From contig JARDVH010000001.1 in assembly GCA_030324005.1 (NCBI GenBank), forward strand, positions 106,857,389 to 106,921,388: a stretch of 64,000 bases of DNA, read 5' to 3'. Positions 51,100-63,612 of the stretch are shown here, one piece after another (the first letter of the stretch is position 1; every line of letters starts with the position of its first letter). This DNA is from Negaprion brevirostris (Eukaryota). Below the pieces are notes generated by a model, which was not told the DNA's origin, did not search any database, and was given only the letters and a program-made list of their open reading frames with translations. The translations under genes and the position numbers were made by a program.

Positions 51100-51206
51100 C
51101 TCGCGTGCTGCCCCTCACTCTCTCTCGTGCGGCCCCTCTCTCTCTCTCGTGCTGCCCCTCTCTCTCTCTCTCTCGCTCTCTTTCTCCGTGCTGCCCCTCT
51201 CTCTCT
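51100..51206. repeat. CT-rich minisatellite/microsatellite
   Basis: Units ctc(tc)ngtgctgcccc repeated about four times next to an N gap. Confidence 0.75.
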
Positions 51207-51776
51207 GATGGTGCAGACTTGATGGGTCGTAATGTCTCCTGCACTGTAGGGATGATTCTGTTAGAAAATTAAGTTGCTGGACATAGAAAATTGGAAAAGG
51301 TTAGGCAAAACCACAAGTTCTGATTTGGTTATAGCATCACTGGAAACCTTGGACGAAAAGGAGAAAAGAATGTCTGAGCAATATAAGGAATTCAACTTTG
51401 AGTTTCTGGTCGAGTTAGAAATTTGCAGTGAGAGATAAATCGTGATTTCAGGACAGCGATTTTGTAGACAGAAGACAGATTGTATGGAACTAGAAATTTA
51501 GACCAAGGTAGAAACAAAATGGAGTCTACTAACTGCCAAACAGCCTGGTTAATTAGAGTGGACAGTTATGATGTGGGGATGCTGCTTTCATAATAAAGAT
51601 AACTATAGCTGACTGTGTTGCTGTGTTAAAATCTAATCATATATTGTCCCAAATTAATTCTTTTATTTGAATACAAATAGCGATTAAAGATATTTGTGTA
51701 CAGTATTGAAATATAGCATAAATATGAGTATGTTGTTCATGCCACAAACTTAACCATGTGCTTTATATCTTCCTAG

Positions 51777-51951
51777 AAATAGTGAGTGATAAAGAAGGCT
51801 ATGCTTGCCCACAGTGTGAGAGCAGTTTTCGAAGCCAGGACATCTTGGCTGAGCATTTGCAGTCTCTGCACCAAAAGCCAAGTGAAGAAAAAGAATTCAA
51901 GTGTAGAAATTGTGGCAAGAAGTTCCCTGTCAAGCAGGCCTTGCAGAGACA
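51777..51951 (+). CDS. PRDM5: PRDM5 coding exon 5 (zinc fingers 1-2)
   Basis: cctag|AA...AGACA|gtaagt, 175 bp, phase 1/2. [57 protein letters not shown](H). Confidence 0.96.
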
Positions 51952-53101
51952 GTAAGTACCACACTAAAATCCAGGCTTCCATAAAATTATCAAATAGAGC
52001 AAAGGTATCAATAAAGATGATAAATAACTGATGGTAAAATGTTTGATAAGTCTTGGGCACCATGTTTGGGGAACTGGGATCTCACCAAAATGGTGCATCA
52101 CAGGCACAACCTCCTATCTCATGTCGTAGAAGCCTATTCAGTTGTTGTGTCATATTGATGACTCCTCTAACAATACCAGAGTCTATTTGCTGATCCGTTG
52201 TGAGGACACCCAATATGTCCCCTTGATTCATGAGCAAGTGGCAAACAGGGAGAATGTACAATCAGGTGTTGCAGATCAGTGACGTATGTGAATTAACACA
52301 CTGCCAAAAAGGTCTCAAGTAGACTTCACTTACATGGAATATAAGCCCTCTTAGGTCCTCCATTGATCTGAGGCATCAGCAATCAGTCGTAGGCTGCCTG
52401 TTCATTCCTGATCGAGAATGGCAGTGATACACTGGTTGGTTGTACCTATCTCTGAGGTGGAAGAGTTCAGTCCGATTTCAAGTCGCTGAGGAAGTTGCCT
52501 ACGTGACACCATGTAACTTCTGTGTTAAGGTTTGCTCTGTTCATTGATGTCAAATACTGCAATTATATCCTTTCAGCAGCTCAAACAGTGGTTTGCCATC
52601 TCTGTGTAAATTTTGGGATGAAAATTGTTTGGTATTCTGCCAGCCCCAGGAATGAGTGGAGTGTCTCCTTCGTAATAGGAAGAAGCATCCACAAGGTAAT
52701 TTTTACCTTGTGGCTCTGTGGGGCTTTTCTTTCCAGTTGTATAGGTAGTCCTGGAAAAGTGACTCATTCTCTCAACAACTGAGCTTGTGCAGATTGACTT
52801 TAAGACCATTGGAGAGTGTGGTCAGTAGTTCTTCAAGAAAGAATAAATGTTTGTCCACTGGTGGTGGCCAAATGCAATTGGTACCGAAACATCCACGCAC
52901 TGAAACAAACGCTCCAGTGTCAAGTTCTCTGAGTGCCTGTGCTATGCATTTGTGAAATGCATAATGGCGAACCATTATGAATTCTTTGGGGTAACCTTGT
53001 CCAAGGTTAAATGGAAAACTCCAGAATCCATTTGAATGCAGAGTCGAAGAATTCTTAGATCCAGTTAGTATCTGTGACGAAAGCATTGGCGATTCCCTCA
53101 T

Positions 53102-53871
53102 TAAGAAATCTCACAACACCAGCTTAAAGTCCAACAGGTTTATTTGGTAACGCAAGCCACAAGCTTTTGGAGCGCTGCCCCTTCATCAGGTGAGTGGGAG
53201 TTCTGTTCACAAACAGGGCATATAAACACACAAACTCAATTTACAAAATAATGGTTGGAATGTGAATCTTTACAGGTAATCAAGTCTGAAAGGTACAGAC
53301 AATGTAAGTGGAGAGAGGGTTAAGCACAGGTTAAAGAGATGGGTATTGACTCCAGCCAGGACAGTTAGAGTTTGCAAACCCAGGCAAGTCGTGCAGGTTA
53401 CAGATGGTATGACATGAACCCAAGATCCTGGTTGAGGCTGTCCTCTTGTGTGGAACAACACAGAATCGCTGAGCAGAGACTGATAGCCAAGTCCCGCACG
53501 CAGGAGGACGGTCTCAACTGGGATCTTGGGTTCATGTCACACTATCCGTAAACCCCACGACTTGCCTGAGCTTGCAAAATTTCACTAACTGTCCTGGCTG
53601 GAGACAATACATATCTCTTTAACCTGTGCTTAGGTCTCTCTCCACTCACATTGTCTGTACCTTTAAGACTTGATTACCTGTCAAGACATGCATTCCAACC
53701 ATTATCTTGTAAACTGAGTTTGTTTCTATATATGCTCTGTTTGTGAACAGAACTCCCACTCACTGATGAAGGGGCAGTGCTCCGAAAGCTTGTGGCTTGT
53801 GCTACCAAATAAACCTGTTGGACTTTAACCTGGTGTTACCACAGTCCAACGCCAGCATCTCTACATCATGT
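53102..53871. mobile_element. Fold-back Penelope-like element (family 1)
   Basis: TSD ttccctcat at 53093-53101 and 53872-53880. Arms 53102-53455 and ~53490-53838 are inverted, with the tail on the right. Hammerhead core ctgatga..gaaa at 53763-53790. Confidence 0.9.
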
Positions 53872-54067
53872 TTCCCTCATGGCCAGGAACCAAGCTGGTG
53901 TTACACAGTTAAGCTTGAAGTAATTGATGGTTAACCTTTTACAGACCAAATAGGTGAGTTGTTTGCAAATATCTAACTATACCCCAGCTGAAGGAGAGTT
54001 TGAATTGTGTCACTGACTCAATTCTTCAGGGATAGGGTAAAGATTCATGGATGTGTGAGGAGGAACA

Positions 54068-54247
54068 TTTAAGTTTATTTATTACTGTCACAATCAGGCT
54101 TACATTAACACTGTAATGAAGTTACTGTGAAAATCCCCCAGTTGCCACACTCCGGTGCCTGTTTGGGTACACTGAGGGAGAATTTAGCATGGACAGTGCA
54201 CCTAATCAGCATGTCTTTCAGACTGTGGGAGGAAACCGGAGCACCCC
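54068..54247 (-). mobile_element. V-SINE 3' half, tail type B
   Basis: aagtttatttattactgtcacaatcaggcttacattaacactg...gactgtgggaggaaaccggagcaccc. Confidence 0.8.
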
Positions 54248-54389
54248 TCTCATTTGTCCACAATCATACTTGCCTGTGGCGAGCATTGGGTAGTGATTGT
54301 GCTTTGATTGCATCACCCATGTTATTGTGGCTTTAAAGATGATGGGGTAATGTTTTCTTAATCATGAAAATTGAATATATGTCNNNNNN

Positions 54390-54463
54390 GGTTGGACTAA
54401 AACCTGGTGTTGTCAGACTTTTTACTGTGTTTACGCCAGTCCAACGCCGGCATACCCACATCA
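54390..54463 (+). mobile_element. Family-1 Penelope 3' terminus with tail
   Basis: gttggactaaaacctggtgttgtcagactttttactgtgtttacgccagtccaacgccggcatacccacatca, following a small gap. Confidence 0.75.
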
Positions 54464-56209
54464 TCAATCAGTACATCAGTTCCCAAAATTCCCCTTCTAT
54501 GGGGAGGTCATATAAACAGACATGTGAGGTTTACAGATCAGGCCTCTCACCCAGATTTGAGTATGGGCTGAGTTTGCCACATTTCCACTGAAGCTTGAAT
54601 GGCAAATGACCCCTTCCCATTACAGCGCAGCATTCAGGGCGTGGGGTATGGACAACAGTAATGGCCGAACCATGCCTTTTAGCATAATCTGTCATTGGTC
54701 CTTTTCGTAGTTCTGATTGTTCAAAAGGAGCCTCATTGAGGTAGAATAGGCTTTGTTGAGTCAAGGTGGTGAGAAGGAGAAGCCCTCCAGGGCCAACGTT
54801 GATGGAATCGACAAAGAGCATTTCAAATAGCTGCACTTGATTGCGCTTCTCCCACCCCTTGGAATTCGTACTTATCAGGGCTATTCAGTTGGACTGGATT
54901 GAGCCAAGGGCCACAAAATGACAGCAGCCAACTCAGATGGGGCTGGGAGCTGTAGTGTGGCGCTGACACATTCGTGAGTGCGTGACAGAGGTATACGGCT
55001 CATTCTGTCGCAATTACATTGGGAAACTCCTCGGATGAGGTTTTCCGGCTGCACTCACCTCAAAACCGGAAAATCCTGCCCAAGATCGACAGACCTTTGC
55101 ACGGTCCGCCTCCCCACCCACTATGATTCCTGTGGCAAGTGGGACAGGAAAATTCTGCCCCCTTTGTCCTCTTGTTAAACATTCTGTTTCAAAATGAGTC
55201 AGAGGCCTGGACTCCTGTTGCAGCTATTGCTCCCCTGTTGCGGCCCTTATCTTCCCATTTCACAACTGTGGTCACACTTTTTAAGTGAAGCGCTGTGTGT
55301 GTTGTGCTGCAGTCAAATAAAAGTAAGTACAAGGTCACTTTTTTTTGACTTTTGCTTCTATCTCCAATTTAAATTGGTGGAGAAAGATGTAAATAAATAT
55401 TTTGGGACAGGCAGGTTAGATAAAGGGCTTTAGAAAATTCACCAAAACGTTAAAAACCGTAAATTTCGTAAGAAGTTCATTTGACCACAAGAATCCAAGT
55501 GCATGCATCATAACCTGTCGATTTTTCTCTTGATTGTTTTTCTCGGTTACAAATAAATTAGAAGTGAGTTACCAGTAGGTAAGTACTTGGAATTACTCTA
55601 ATTTATCAATTCTAAATATAAATGCTGACTACACAGAACAGGGGCAGATAATGTTATTGGCACAGTGTCAAATGTGAGAACATCTTGAGTCAACACCCAT
55701 TTGACTCAGAAGTTAACACGTCCTTTAAAGGCCAGATTAAACCAAGTTATTATCAGTGGGGTGAAGTTTATTATTACTTAATTATGACAACCATCCAAAA
55801 TATTTATTTAGTCCCTTATTTGTTGCTTTAAACAATTAAGACAAATCGTCGTTGGATTGAAATTCCATGGATTTGGGAGACCAATGGAATCCCTTCACAA
55901 CCTCAGCTCTTTAATCTCCAGTTACTCTTACCATAAAGCACACAGGGGAACAGTTTAAATTGTCGTGATCTTGTACATCACCTTATTTCTGCTCAAGTAG
56001 AGTGAGAGTATATCCAGTTGAGGTAAATTGTAATCAAAAATTAGCAGGCAAAAATATAAAGAGGTGATGGTTCGGGAACAGTTGAAGTATATTCCCAAGA
56101 AAGGGGAAATATAGGGGAACCAAAGTCAGATCTCTCTGAATGACAAAGCAAAACATAGAAAGGATGAGTATGTCAGATGTCAGGTTGATAACTCAAGTGA
56201 GAGCCAGAA

Positions 56210-56850
56210 AAAGTTTATTTATTAGTGTGTTACATTAACACTGCAGTGAAGTTACTATGAAAATCCCCTAGTCGCCACACTCCAGAGCCTGTTCTGATGC
56301 ACTTGAGGGAGAATTTAGCATGGCCAATGCACCTAACTAGCATGTCTTTTGGAGTGTGGGAAGAAACCAGAGCATCTAGAGGAAACGCAGACACGGGNNN
56401 NNNNNNNNNNNNNNNNNNNNNNNNNNNNNNNNNNNNNNNNNNNNNNNNNNNNNNNNNNNNNNNNNNNNNNNNNNNNNNNNNNNNNNNNNNNNNNNNNAGG
56501 GGGGATCTGATCGAGGTGTTCAAAATTATGAGGGTCATAAATAGGGTGGATTGGATAGGAATTTTTCCCCTTAGTAAAGGGTTTTAAGTTTTATTTCATA
56601 TTGTCACTTATAGAGTTACATTAACACGGCAATGAAAATCCCCTAGTCTCTGGCGCCTGTTCAGGTACACTGAGGGAGAACTTAGCATGGCCAACACACC
56701 TAACCAGCACGTCTTTCGGACTGTGGGAGGAAACCGGAGCACCCGGAGGAAACCCTCACAAACATGGGGAGAACTCCACACAGACAGTGACCCAAGCTGG
56801 GAATTGAACCTGGGTGCCTGGTGCTGTGAGGCAGTAGTGCTAACCACGTT
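56210..56850 (-). mobile_element. Two adjacent V-SINE copies (56210-56397 and 56588-56850), tail type B, with a short CR1 piece (plus strand) between them
   Basis: Both show the reverse-complement tail and core. RGDLIEVFKIMR at 56498-56535. Confidence 0.75.
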
Positions 56851-56879
56851 GCCAAGTTGAATGTAGAAAGTTCAGAAGG

Positions 56880-58575
56880 GATGTGAGAAAGGAACAAAGT
56901 ATGGAGAAAGACTGGCAGCTAGCTTAATTGATCAACCCAAAAGTTTTCTACAGGTGCACAAACAGTAAAAGGGGACAACGGACCAATAGAGGGGGGTTGG
57001 GACCAAAAAAAAGAGATCTGTGCATGAGTCAAGGACATTGTTGAAAATATCTTCCTTTACCAAGGGAAAATAGTACTGCCAAAGTCATAATGAAAGAGGA
57101 GGCATTTGAGCTACAGATGGGCTAATAATTGATAGAGATTGTAAATAGAAAGCCTGGCTGTAATTAAAAAGTTAATCTTCACCAGGATCTGATGGGATGC
57201 ATCTGAGTAAGGTAAGGGTGAGTGTTCTGGAGGTACTATCCGCAATTTTCCAACACCTCTCCACCCCGCTCCCCTCCCCCCCCTCCACTTTAGAAAGGGG
57301 ATGGAAGATTTGCAAATGGCACACCTGTTTGAAAATAAGGTGCAAAAAGAGACTCATCAGTTTAACCTTGATGGTGACAAATTTTTAGAAATGATACCAT
57401 TACCAGTTACTTGGGCAGGCATAGATAAATTAAGGAAAGCCAGCATGGATTTGTTAAAGACAGGTCATGTTTAATCTCCTTGGTTGAGTTTTTTGATGAG
57501 GTGACAGAGAGGGTTTAAGAGGGTGATGTACATGGACTTTCCAAAGCTGCCACAAAACAGGCTTATGAGCAAATTCGAAGCCCATGGAATTAAAGAGAGG
57601 CTGACTGTATGGATACACCAGTGCCTGAATGGCAGAAAAAAATAATAGTGAGTTAGAGAAAGGTATACAGTGCAGTCCTTGGGATTGGTACTATACCTAG
57701 ACTTGGCTGTATGGGGCATAACTTCAACATTTGCAGATCACAAACTTTGGAAGTGATGATGGACTTCAAGACACCATAGACAAGTTGGTAGAATGGTTAG
57801 GAACACAATAGATGTTAAGAAGTGTGATGATACATTTTGGTTTGAAGAATGAGGAGAGGCAAGAAACAAAAAGGTATGATTCTAAAGGAGTTGCAGGAAC
57901 AGGCATGTGTGTACAAATCACTGAAGGTAGTAAGGCAGGTTGAGAAAGTATTTAAAAAGGCTGATGGGCCCATTTGGTTCTATAAGTGGAGAAATACAGT
58001 ACAAAAGCAAAGGGGTTGTGAGTCTTTGTAATTGTTGCAACATTGCAACTGCAGAATTGTGTTCAATTCTGCGATTCACAGTATAGGAAGGATGTGAAGG
58101 CATTAAAAAAGGATGCAAGAAATATTTACATAAATTTCTGCAGGGATAACAGTTTTGTGCATTGATCAGAGGAACTGGGGCTGCTCCTCCAAGAAGAGAA
58201 GGTTGATTGGAGATTTAATAGCAGTGTTCAAAATAATGTGGGGGCTGGGCAGAGTAGATGGCAAGATAAACTGTTCCCATTGGTGGAAGGATCAAGAAAC
58301 AGAAGATCCAGGTCTGAGGTGAATGGCAAGAGAACAATGTCGACATGAGGAAAAAGCTTTTGATGCAAGGTGCGGTTAGGATCTCGAATGCACGGCTTAG
58401 AATGTGGCCAGATTCAATTGTGGATTTTGTAAGGTAATTGGACAGGCACGTGAAGGAAAACAATATGCAGGCCAACAAGGAAAAGGCAGGGGAATGGCTA
58501 GCTGATTTGTTCTTGCAGAGAATGGGCACGAGCACAATAGGCCAATTGGCTGCCTGTCCTATAACATTCTGAAGT
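56880..58575 (+). mobile_element. Old CR1 LINE ORF2 remnant with 3' end
   Basis: SPGSDGMH, TPV*K*G, SQHGFVKDRSCL, YMDFPK, FADH, RRLIGDLIAVFKIM motifs and a CR1-type 3'UTR. Confidence 0.8.
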
Positions 58576-59561
58576 AGGTAAATTTGTCTCTGGGGAGTAA
58601 TAGTGTGGCTAGCGACAAAGACCTTTGGAAAGCGGAAGCGTGGGGTTACAGTTTATGGCTTTTATTGGCTTGATGAATTTAGCAGACAGACCACCCTTTT
58701 AGAAACAGACATCTCCCTTCAGAGAGCACCGATTTGACGGAACTGATGATTCCTTTTCCATTTCTAATTAAGCTGTTTGAAAAGTAAAGTATGTCCCCTG
58801 AAGGCATGTGTGACAGATGCTTCTTACTAATCTTAACTACAGTTTAGGAAGCAAAGTTTTCCTGTTCTTAATGGTGAGCAATGGCACAGAGATAATCCAT
58901 AGAATTTGAGAGCGTTTAATCTTGGATAAATCACAGTTAATTTTAGCTGATCAGTTAATTGTTGAACTAATCTTCAGTGCATGGATTCTACTTAGAACTC
59001 TTATTACTCCTTTCAGATGGATAAATAAATTATAGTGACATGACGTGCTCTAGATGGGCTAAATCTTAACAATATTGGGACCAAATGGTGGCTCTGAGCC
59101 CACAATTGCTTGCAATAGGATTGACTCCGGAGGTGGCCTCTTAATTGGAGGTCCAGTCAGTGGGCTGACAACTTTGATGCCTTGGCAGCCCCACTGGGAG
59201 AAATGGATGCTGCTGAGGCTGATTGGAGACCTTGGAGAAGTAAAGTATTATGTGTACTTCTGGATGGCCAAGATAAAAAGGCCTTGGTGATCTGAAGTGA
59301 AGCTGGTTTCCTGCACCTGAAGTGTGGGGGATGCTAACAACCAGCTCAATTGCCCCAAGTAGATCACAATTATGCAGATTGGCTGCTTGCCTCCTTAGAG
59401 TGGACAACCAATCCATTTCAGCCCGTGGCTGCGAAGCTATCTTGGCAGCAGGATACCAATGGGGAGCCATTCTGATGTGGCACCCTGTTACCTTGCTGGT
59501 GACTCTGCCTCTGTTGGTGGCAGCTGGGGACTGCTAACATTTTGGCCAACGTACCTAAATG

Positions 59562-59850
59562 ATGGCCCAGTGGTTAGCACTGCTGTCTCAACGCTAGGAG
59601 CCTGGTTTTGATTCCGGCTTTGGGTGACTGTTTGTTTGTGTGTGCTCTCTGTATCCGTGTGGGTTTCCTCCGGGTGTTCCAATTTCCTCCCACACACCAA
59701 AGGTTTGCTGTTTATATGGATTGTCCCTTACTGTCCAAAAATGTGTAGGTTAGGTAGGTTAGTGGAACTATGGGGCTGAGCCTGGGTGGGATATTTTGTG
59801 CAGACTCGATTGGCTGCATGGCGTCCTTCTGCACTGTAGGGATTATATGG
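59562..59850 (+). mobile_element. V-SINE (HE1-like), tail type A
   Basis: cagtggttagcactgctgtctc head, core, and ...ccttctgcactgtagggatt ending. Confidence 0.8.
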
Positions 59851-60794
59851 AATCTATGCTACTGCTCCAAAAAATGTCTGCGGAGGAGTACCGAAAAAGC
59901 TTCATTCACTAACTTCTGGTTAACCTTTTTGAAGAGAACTGATAGAAGCATTAAAAATCATTCAAATCTGAAACTTGTATCGTATCTTCCCAAACTGATG
60001 GAGTGGGGAAATTAATCCTCCGGTGAGAAGTAGCGTTTTTTAAAATATTCATTCTTCGGGTTTGGGTGCCGCTGGGAAGGTCAACATTTATTGCTCATTC
60101 CTAATTGCCCTTGAGTCACCTACAACTGAGTGCCTTGCTCCATTCTAAAGATTAATTAAAAGTCAACCATACTGAAGGACAAACAAAGTAAGGATGCAGA
60201 TTTATTTTCCTTAAGGACATGTGTGAACCAGATGGCTTTTTAACGACAATCTGATAGTTTCACGATGATCAATGGGACTAATGTTCTACTCCAGCTTAAT
60301 TAGTTGAATTAAGTTCTTTCATTGCTGTGATTGGATTTGAACTTGTATATCTCCAGAGTCTCTGAAATACTACTCTAGTAATATTCCCACTCAGCTGCTG
60401 CTGCTCATTTATAATGAAACTATTTGGCCTCATTTTACCAGCCATTTTATTTTTAACTGAAATCTGTGGGACTATCAGACCTGCAAAACTCAGTGCCCTG
60501 TTACAACTGTGTGAGGAGTGAGTTGGTTCCCCTTCAATTCAGCCCCCTTGGGTGTTTGTAACAAGATTTTAAAACCTTTTTTCCTCATAAGTGCTTTTTC
60601 CAATTTAAATGCATTTATTTGTTGATAGGTTTCCTTGTGTCAAAGAAAGTATATTAGTTACTAAACCCAAGAAGAAAGTAATAAAGTCGCCACACACATG
60701 TACACATTAGAAAGAAGAAAGTTAACATCCATTAAAATTTAACAGAAAATACAATAATGTTCTTTGCATGTCTTTGGTACATAGGTTGTTAAAT

Positions 60795-61087
60795 GCACTG
60801 CTGCCTCACGGCTCCAGGGAGCCGAGGTTCAATTCTAGCCCTGGGTGACTGTGTGGAATTTGCACATTCTCCCCGTGTCTATGTGGGTTTCCTCCGGGTG
60901 CTCCGATTTCCTCCCACAGCCCAAAGATGTGCGGGTTAGGTTGACTGGCCATGATAAATTGACCTTGGTGTCAGGGGGATTAACAGGATAAATCTGTAGA
61001 GTTGTGGGAATAGGGCCTGGGTGGGATTGTTGTCAGTGTTGGTTTGATGGGCCAAATTGCCGCCTCCTGCAGTGTAGAGATTCTGTG
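60795..61087 (+). mobile_element. V-SINE (HE1-like), tail type A
   Basis: gcactgctgcctcacggctccagggagccgaggttcaattc head, core, and ...gatgggccaaattgccgcctcctgcagtgtagagattct ending. Confidence 0.85.
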
Positions 61088-62591
61088 AATGTTGTGGCTA
61101 TTTGAATTTAGGTGGTTTCCTGTAGAATTCTGGAGTTGACTTTGTTCAGGTCTGCACCTTTGTGGGCGCATGTGTGAATATTCCACTCTGGTTGTCAGTT
61201 TTAATAAATTTGGTTAAATAAACCAATATAAGCTAATTATGATTTAAGATTTTGGGAGTTGATGCTGTAGAAGCTTGGCAAGTTGTTTCAGTTCTGCTGT
61301 AGAAAAGGTGCATTGCAGCAATGGAACACAGATGGTAGTGAATGTGGATGTTGAGGCTTGTGAATGAGGTGTCAATCAAGGCACTGTGTGGCCCTGGAGA
61401 GTGTTGAGTTTCTTGCAGTTGCACTCAGTCAGGGACAGACAAAAGATGTGCATGCATGGGTACCATTGTAAATGAGAGGCATACACTGCACAAGTGAAGT
61501 CCCTAAGTTTTTATAATTTTGTTGTATACAGCCTATTTGATCACAACTAATAGATTGTATCCTTGCTTTCATCAGTCTGAAAAACTAAGGTGGGATTTTC
61601 CAACCNNNNNNNNNNNNNNNNNNNNNNNNNNNNATGGGTCCTTTGGCAGTGGGATGGGGGGGGGGGGGTGCCTCAAGCAAATTCCCATTGACTTTGGCGG
61701 AACATGAAGAAGTGTGTGGGGAGGCGGGGGGGGCGGGGTTCTGGAACGTTCTGACCCTCGTGTTCTTGGATTCTGAAAGATTTTATCAAAAATAAAAGAA
61801 ATGGAAGATGTGCAAAAACATTTGAATGCTACAAGTAAAACTTCACAACTAATGAAGCTGGAAATAAGTTGAGCAAGTGGGTCATATAAATTGCATACTT
61901 ATGGAATTCACTGATTTCCTCCATCTATTTATGCTGTAAACTATGTTGGCAAATGTAACCAATCTGCTTTGATGTTATTATTTTTAAAAATACATCTAAT
62001 TGCTTGTGTGTAGGCAGCGGCCCTTCCGGATGTCCTTAATGATTTGAGCTGATGTGCAGGGTTGTTGTGGTGGTTTGGAAGGTTTGAGATAAATGTATCC
62101 CATTGAATAACTATTATTTTACCATCACCCATTCTGACGCCCAAATTAATTATTATTTGGCTTTGGAATCATTCCAGGGTGGAGGATTCCGATAATAATT
62201 TTAGGTAATATTAATTGCACATTTATTAATATTTGCCCTGAAATCATATCACCGAAAGAGTATCATCCAAACATTTATCTGCTTATTTTAAATTCCTCTG
62301 TCCACTCTTCTACTGGACTTGATTCCCTGATACCTTAAATCACTTAATGTTTCTGGTAGCATATTGGAGAGAACTTTCAGGTGAAATGAGGCAATTTTGA
62401 AGTCATTTCTGGATGTATAAAGTTTTTTTCAGCAATTTGTAAATTGTGTGGTTAAGATAAATGTTGATGCAAAATTTGGCTGCTGTATTGACTTGATTTT
62501 ATATTAAATGCTGTTGTGTGCTTAAGTGGCATATCTGATTCGATAACCATTTTGTTCTATTAAGTTTTTGTATATGTTTATTTGCTTGTAG

Positions 62592-62684
62592 CGTTCTACA
62601 GTGTACTGAAAATGTTCTTGCCGGCGACACTGCTCGAGGCCATCAGTGCTCTGTTTGTAACATCTCCTTCAGCTCTGAGTCAAG
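62592..62684 (+). CDS. PRDM5: PRDM5 coding exon 6
   Basis: ttgtag|C...CAAG|gtttt, 93 bp, phase 2/2. (H)VLQCTENVLAGDTARGHQCSVCNISFSSES(S), in frame with exons 5 and 7. Confidence 0.9.
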
Positions 62685-62958
62685 GTTTTGTATTGAATCA
62701 CATTTGCCCATTTTATAACCCGTTCGATTGTTTCAGTTTTCCACGGCGGATTGCTTTCCAATCTTGGCTGCTTGCATGCAAATTAAAACCCAAAATACAA
62801 AAAGTAATACCTGTCCAGCTTCTACCCTACCCTGATTGGGCAAAGCATGATGGAAGTCAGAGACTGCTGCTGTGAAGCATGTATTAACCTGGTCTGCATG
62901 CAATAGAAAGACGCTACGTTCTTATCACATTGTGGTTCTTACCAAATCTCTACTGCAG

Positions 62959-63080
62959 TTTTGAGCAGCATAAGGAAGCCTGCAAAGGGGATGCCAGGTT
63001 TGTTTGCAAGGCTGATAGCTGTGGGAAAAGATTCAAAAGCAAAGATGCCTTGAAGAAACACAAGGAGAATGTGCACGCAG
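62959..63080 (+). CDS. PRDM5: PRDM5 coding exon 7
   Basis: ctgcag|T...GCAG|gtaag, 122 bp, phase 2/1. [40 protein letters not shown]. Confidence 0.95.
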
Positions 63081-63612
63081 GTAAGATCACTGACTAAAGG
63101 AGAGAATGATCTAAACTCTCTGACTTGTGGTAATGTTGATAGGTTAGAGGATATACAAAAATATACAGCTTGATTTTGAGATTTTTGCTTGTGCTTATAA
63201 AGGAGTATATTACAATCACTTGATTGTAGTTTACGTTCAAGGATTCAACCTGACAATGTAGTTTTTTATTTGTGACTTCAACCCCATGCATTGTGGGATA
63301 TGGAGAAGTATGTCCTCCATCCTGGTATGCTTTTGTTGCACACTCCTGGATTTGGTCTGTTTATTTTTAGGGTAAGTTTCAGAGTAGTGTCAGTGTTAAG
63401 ACAAATGCATGTGTATACAAGGCAACCTCCTGCTGATTACCACTGACCACCCTCCCTCAGCTGATGGATGGGTGCTCCTCCATATCAAAGAAGCATTGAG
63501 GGTAAAAAGGGCNNNNNNNNNNNNNNNNNNNNNNNNNNNNNNNNNNNNNNNNNNNNNNNNNNNNNNNNNNNNNNNNNNNNNNNNNNNNNNNNNNNNNNNN
63601 NNNNNNNNNNNN

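Larger units (their letters stand above)
52140..54700 (-). mobile_element. Degenerate retrovirus-like LTR retroelement pro-pol remnant (protease, RT, connection/RNase H-like), interrupted by Penelope and SINE insertions
   Basis: Minus-strand motifs in canonical order: GSAITVVHTP (~54640-54670), GILGTD (~54475-54492), KYDCG, YPIP, NNSPIWSVK, RLTINYFKLNCVTP (~53895-53970), SNGFWSFP (~53010-53035), WTRLPQRIHNGSP (52965-53003), QCVDV (YVDD relic, ~52890), GLKVN, LHSFLGLAEYQTIFIPKF, ILDQE..LRLIADAS, VSSQRISK. Confidence 0.8.

Noticed and set aside
1943-51272. Long ORFs in the supplied track that consist mostly of X (for example 2001-2744, 20133-20912, 40633-41625, 44199-44932, 50732-51272)
   Set aside because: They are artefacts of reading through N gaps.
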